From the NCBI RefSeq assembly GCF_000150275.1, contig NW_002060953.1, positions 543,432-607,431 on the forward strand: a DNA stretch of 64,000 bases. Reading direction: 5' to 3'. Position 1 is the first letter of the stretch. Each line of letters starts with the position of its first letter. The notes under the pieces are model-generated. The model was not told the origin of the DNA and ran no database searches. It worked only from the letters and a program-made list of their open reading frames with translations. Shown one piece after another: positions 60,520-64,000 of this stretch. Position numbers and translations under genes: made by a program. The stretch comes from Trichoplax adhaerens. Taxonomy: Eukaryota; Animalia; Placozoa.

Positions 60520-61225
60520 GTATTCAAGTATCTGGAGAAGAAGCATTTCTTAATCGCCTACTTTTATTTAATGTACTATTAAGGATAGAACTTTCCAGGA
60601 CAATTGTTATTATTTTGATTGGATTAATATGGACTGGGTCAATTTATAATGAATAAGGAGGTAAAGATCGCAGGTATTTCAGGAAGAGACGCTTAACTGT
60701 GTTTACTAGAATAAAAATAGTAAGGCTATAACCTTCAGCAACACTGGTTGTCATTTTGATCAGATTAATACAAACTGGGTCAAATTTATAGTTAAGGAAT
60801 AAGGAGACAAAATCCCAGGTATTTCAAGAAGAGAAACTTAACTTAATTTACTGGAATAAAAATGGTAAGGGTAGAACTTTTAGCAACAGTGATTGTCATT
60901 TTGATCGGATTAATATGGACTGGGTCAATGTATAAGGAATAAGGAGGCAAACATCCCAGGTATTTCAAGAAGAGAAGCATTCTTGAATCACTTAACTTTA
61001 TTTACTGGAATATAAATGGTAAGGGTAGAACTTTTAGCAACAGTGGTTTTCATTTTAATCGGATTAATATGGACTGGGTCAATGTATAAGGAATAAGGAG
61101 GCAAACATCCCAGGTATTTCAAGAAGAGAAGCAATCTTGAATCACTTAACTTTATTTACTGGAATAAAAATAGTAAGGGTAGAACTTTCAGCAACAGAAG
61201 TTGTTATTTTGATTAGGTTAATATC
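60520..61225. repeat. ~140-154 bp tandem repeat, 4-5 copies
   Basis: GATTAATA...ACTGGGTCAA....GAATAAGGAG...AA.ATC.CAGGTATTTCA.GAAGAGA recurs at ~60622, ~60763, ~60908 and ~61062. Confidence 0.9.
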
Positions 61226-63152
61226 GACTAAGTGCGTTGATAGTCTAGGAGGATTATGGAGATGATATCCTTCGGCATGCGGTATTGAGTCATTGCCTTC
61301 GTATGAAAAAATGGACTTTTCCGTCGTATGCTTCTTATACAGTCACGCCATGGAAAATAATGCATAACTCTTGGATTAATCTGGCCAATTAAATTAATAT
61401 TTGTATAAATTGATCCTTCATTATCTACTTTAATGAGTTTAACTTGAATTCTTCTTTTCTTTGCTGTATGATGGATTTTACTAGACAAGGAGTGTTAAAA
61501 ATGGAACTATTGTGGTCTCCAAAGGGAGCAAGGGATGGTTAAAAATGAACAGTCAAAGTGGCAATCTTGTTATTGATTTGCCGCTTTATTATTTTGATTG
61601 ATGGTTGGTACAGTTTGCTTTTTAATTATGGGTATCAAGGGGTAGTAGGATCCATTTATTCGTGGGAGTTTTGATGGAAAACAATAAAAAGCATCCGGTA
61701 AGAAGAATAGACGTTTTCAACATGGCGCTACAACATGTCAACATTGTAAGTGGTTAACGATGCATTTTCTAGGTATGGAGAGAATAGAAGCATGCTTGGA
61801 TTCTGTAGGTATCCAATTTGAATCTGGAAGGACAATGGTAATATAAAATGGTAAACTAAAATGGTTTGATGCCTATTCAATATCCAGGAAAGAGTACTAT
61901 CCTAATCCTAATATTATTTTAGTGGATAATCTTTCTCCAATGCACTAAATCAGAAAGGAGCATAGTTGAAATAAGTGACATATTTTTTTTTTTGGGGGGG
62001 GGGGTTGTAAGTGATTGCAGCATGGTGTCCAAAGGCCATCGTTTGCAAGGCTTAGCTTCAAACAATTTAGGATGCTCTTTACTGGCAAGTGGAAATGATT
62101 TATTCAATACAATATGATTCAATTTTGACAAGAAATGGAGACCATGAACAAATGATTACCTTAAAAGGATTGTTCTTTTATTTGCATAAAGTCTGACCTG
62201 GATGTTTAAATAGTTTGATCAATCAAGGGTGGTCATGATTGCCTTATTTATGAGATGGAATGATATCCAATCTTATTGGACCTTACTCCATGGCAACATC
62301 TGAACAGGCCATGAATCCCCTTTTAAACATGTCTTGGTATACAGGATAACCAAGAAAAGACGAAAGAAAAGGAACAAGATTGAATTTGTTCCTAGCCATG
62401 TTTCATTATCCAGCTATTCTATGCTGTATTCTATCCATTCATATTGGCTGTTTGAAAGGAAAAAGAAGCGAAAAAAAACAACACTCTATGTTATGTACAC
62501 AAGTTCATGACGTAGTTTGTATGGCATTAGCTTGATACAATCCGTGTTTTTCCTGTTGAGCATCTTCTCCATCGTTGTGATTACCAGTAGTAGGGATAGA
62601 ATTTCCCTACAGCTTGGTATGATAGCCTACTTGATGATGACTTGAAGATTTGCGGGGCAGTTTTTCGTATCATGGCGGACTCGAATGGTTTCCCTAACAT
62701 GTAGGAAAAGATGGCATTGAGCGATCTCAACATACGGTAAGGAATGGATGTGATGCAAAGGGGGGCAAGCACATCCGTTCCTTGTTGAATGATGATCTAT
62801 CCGCATGATTGGAATAACATGCTTTCGTTATTATAGCTATAAATAGACGAGATAGAAGAGTAGAAAGGATAATGAGTTCGGCTGCTTTCTATCTTTTGGT
62901 ATACCATTAAAAATAACATGGCACAGCCATTGTAACCTCGGTGATGGTATGCAATTGTACCCTTTCAACCGGTAGTTATAGAATCTATTTTAGTCATATC
63001 CTAACTGTTGCTTTGAACCATTCCTATAGTCTAAAAAGAATTATATTTAAAGAGTAATATAACATGAATCAGTCACTGTTCTACTACATTGATTTCCGAC
63101 AAGAATGGAAAGAATTTGTGCTATGCAAGAGTATTTCATAGTGGAGGGAGCA

Positions 63153-63243
63153 AATATCCTTCTTAAATGGAGTTATGCTGAGATAATATCCTTCTTAAAT
63201 GGAGTTATGCTGAGATAATATCCTTCTTAAATGGACTTATGAT
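63153..63243. repeat. 32-bp minisatellite, about 3 copies
   Basis: AATATCCTTCTTAAATGGAGTTATGCTGAGAT at 63153, 63185 and 63217. Confidence 0.95.
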
Positions 63244-63259
63244 AGACAGAATTTAATCT

Positions 63260-64000
63260 GGAATGTTGTATTTTACCAAATTGTTGAGAAAGAGAATGAG
63301 TCGTGATCTACAAGATTTCATATCCAATGTTGTATCTTATTTGGGTCAGGATAGTAATTATTTAAGAAGTATAAGAATGAAAGTCGCCATGAAAAGGATT
63401 AGCTATCTCATCTTGTATCTTATTTTGATCATAATAGCAAAGAGTTGAGAAAAAGAATGAGACGTGATGGACCAGATTTCATATCCAATGTTGTATCTTA
63501 TTTGGGTCAAGATAGCAAATAGTTAAGCAAGAGAATGAGTCGCCTAAAGAGGATTCGCTATCTCATGTTGCATCTTATTTTGATCATAATAGCAAAGAGT
63601 TGAGGAAAGAATGAAAGTCGCCATGAACGTGATTTAATTTACCATGTTGTATCTCATATTGGTCGTGAGGGTAAATTATTAATCCATCATGATCCAAAAA
63701 GAATGGTCCGTAAGGAAGAGGATTAGCCATCTCATGTTGTATCTTATTTTGATCATAATAGCAAAGAGTTGAGAAAAAGAATGAAAAGTCGCCACGGATG
63801 TGATTTTAATTTACCCTGTTGTATCTCATATTGGTCGTGATGGTAAATTGTTAATCCACCATGATGCAGAAAGAATAGTCCGTAAGGAAGAGGATTAGCT
63901 ATCTCATGTTGTGTCTCATTTTGATCATAAAAGCAAAGAGTTGAGATAAAAATGAGTTGTCATGGACGTGATGATCAATTATTTTAGATCATGATTCAAA
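63260..64000. repeat. Satellite-like array of ~80-88 bp monomers alternating as a ~165-175 bp dimer; runs off the window
   Basis: A TGTTGTATCTYAT-like core occurs about every 80-88 bp. Alternate units continue ...TTTGATCATAATAGCAAAGAGTTGAG or ...TTGG(G)TC. Confidence 0.85.

Noticed and set aside
61228-62810. Minus-strand ORFs (86, 70 and 63 aa) and a GC-richer patch that might be exons of a further gene
   Set aside because: I could not build a consistent spliced frame or recognise any family; it needs RNA-seq.
63153-63243. 32-bp repeats and 91-bp repeats as possible CRISPR arrays
   Set aside because: The units are head-to-tail without unique spacers, the context is eukaryotic, and there are no cas genes.

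Overview
AT-rich eukaryotic genomic DNA with many short (~60-150 nt) introns, carrying metazoan-type genes. The style suggests an early-branching animal, probably a placozoan such as Trichoplax; that is inference, not demonstrated. I spliced seven multi-exon genes by hand: TADA3 (+), POLR3B/RPC2 (-, 47 coding exons by my count), a NOL7-like gene (+), SAP30BP (-), BBS2 (+), a three-repeat Myb (+) and a B4GALNT3/4-type LacdiNAc synthase (+). The last ~11 kb has no recognisable gene, many tandem repeat families, and a ~1.5 kb near-identical duplication either side of a 50-N gap. The most interesting signal is in promoter-proximal DNA, which is packed with stacked TA(CAGTA/CTGTA)n units. Aligning copies of local tandem duplications shows these units arise as discrete 5-nt insertions right after a TA, in mixed orientation. 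That is the shape of Tc1/mariner (Sleeping Beauty-type) excision footprints, suggesting promoters here keep a cumulative record of repeated transposon insertion and excision. Other notable items: a candidate U12-type intron and two candidate promoters in Myb, a duplicated SAP30BP promoter whose distal copy has lost its ATG, and a cationic beta-hairpin-like C-terminal tail on the glycosyltransferase. Homology calls come from my recall of the human proteins; no database search was run.
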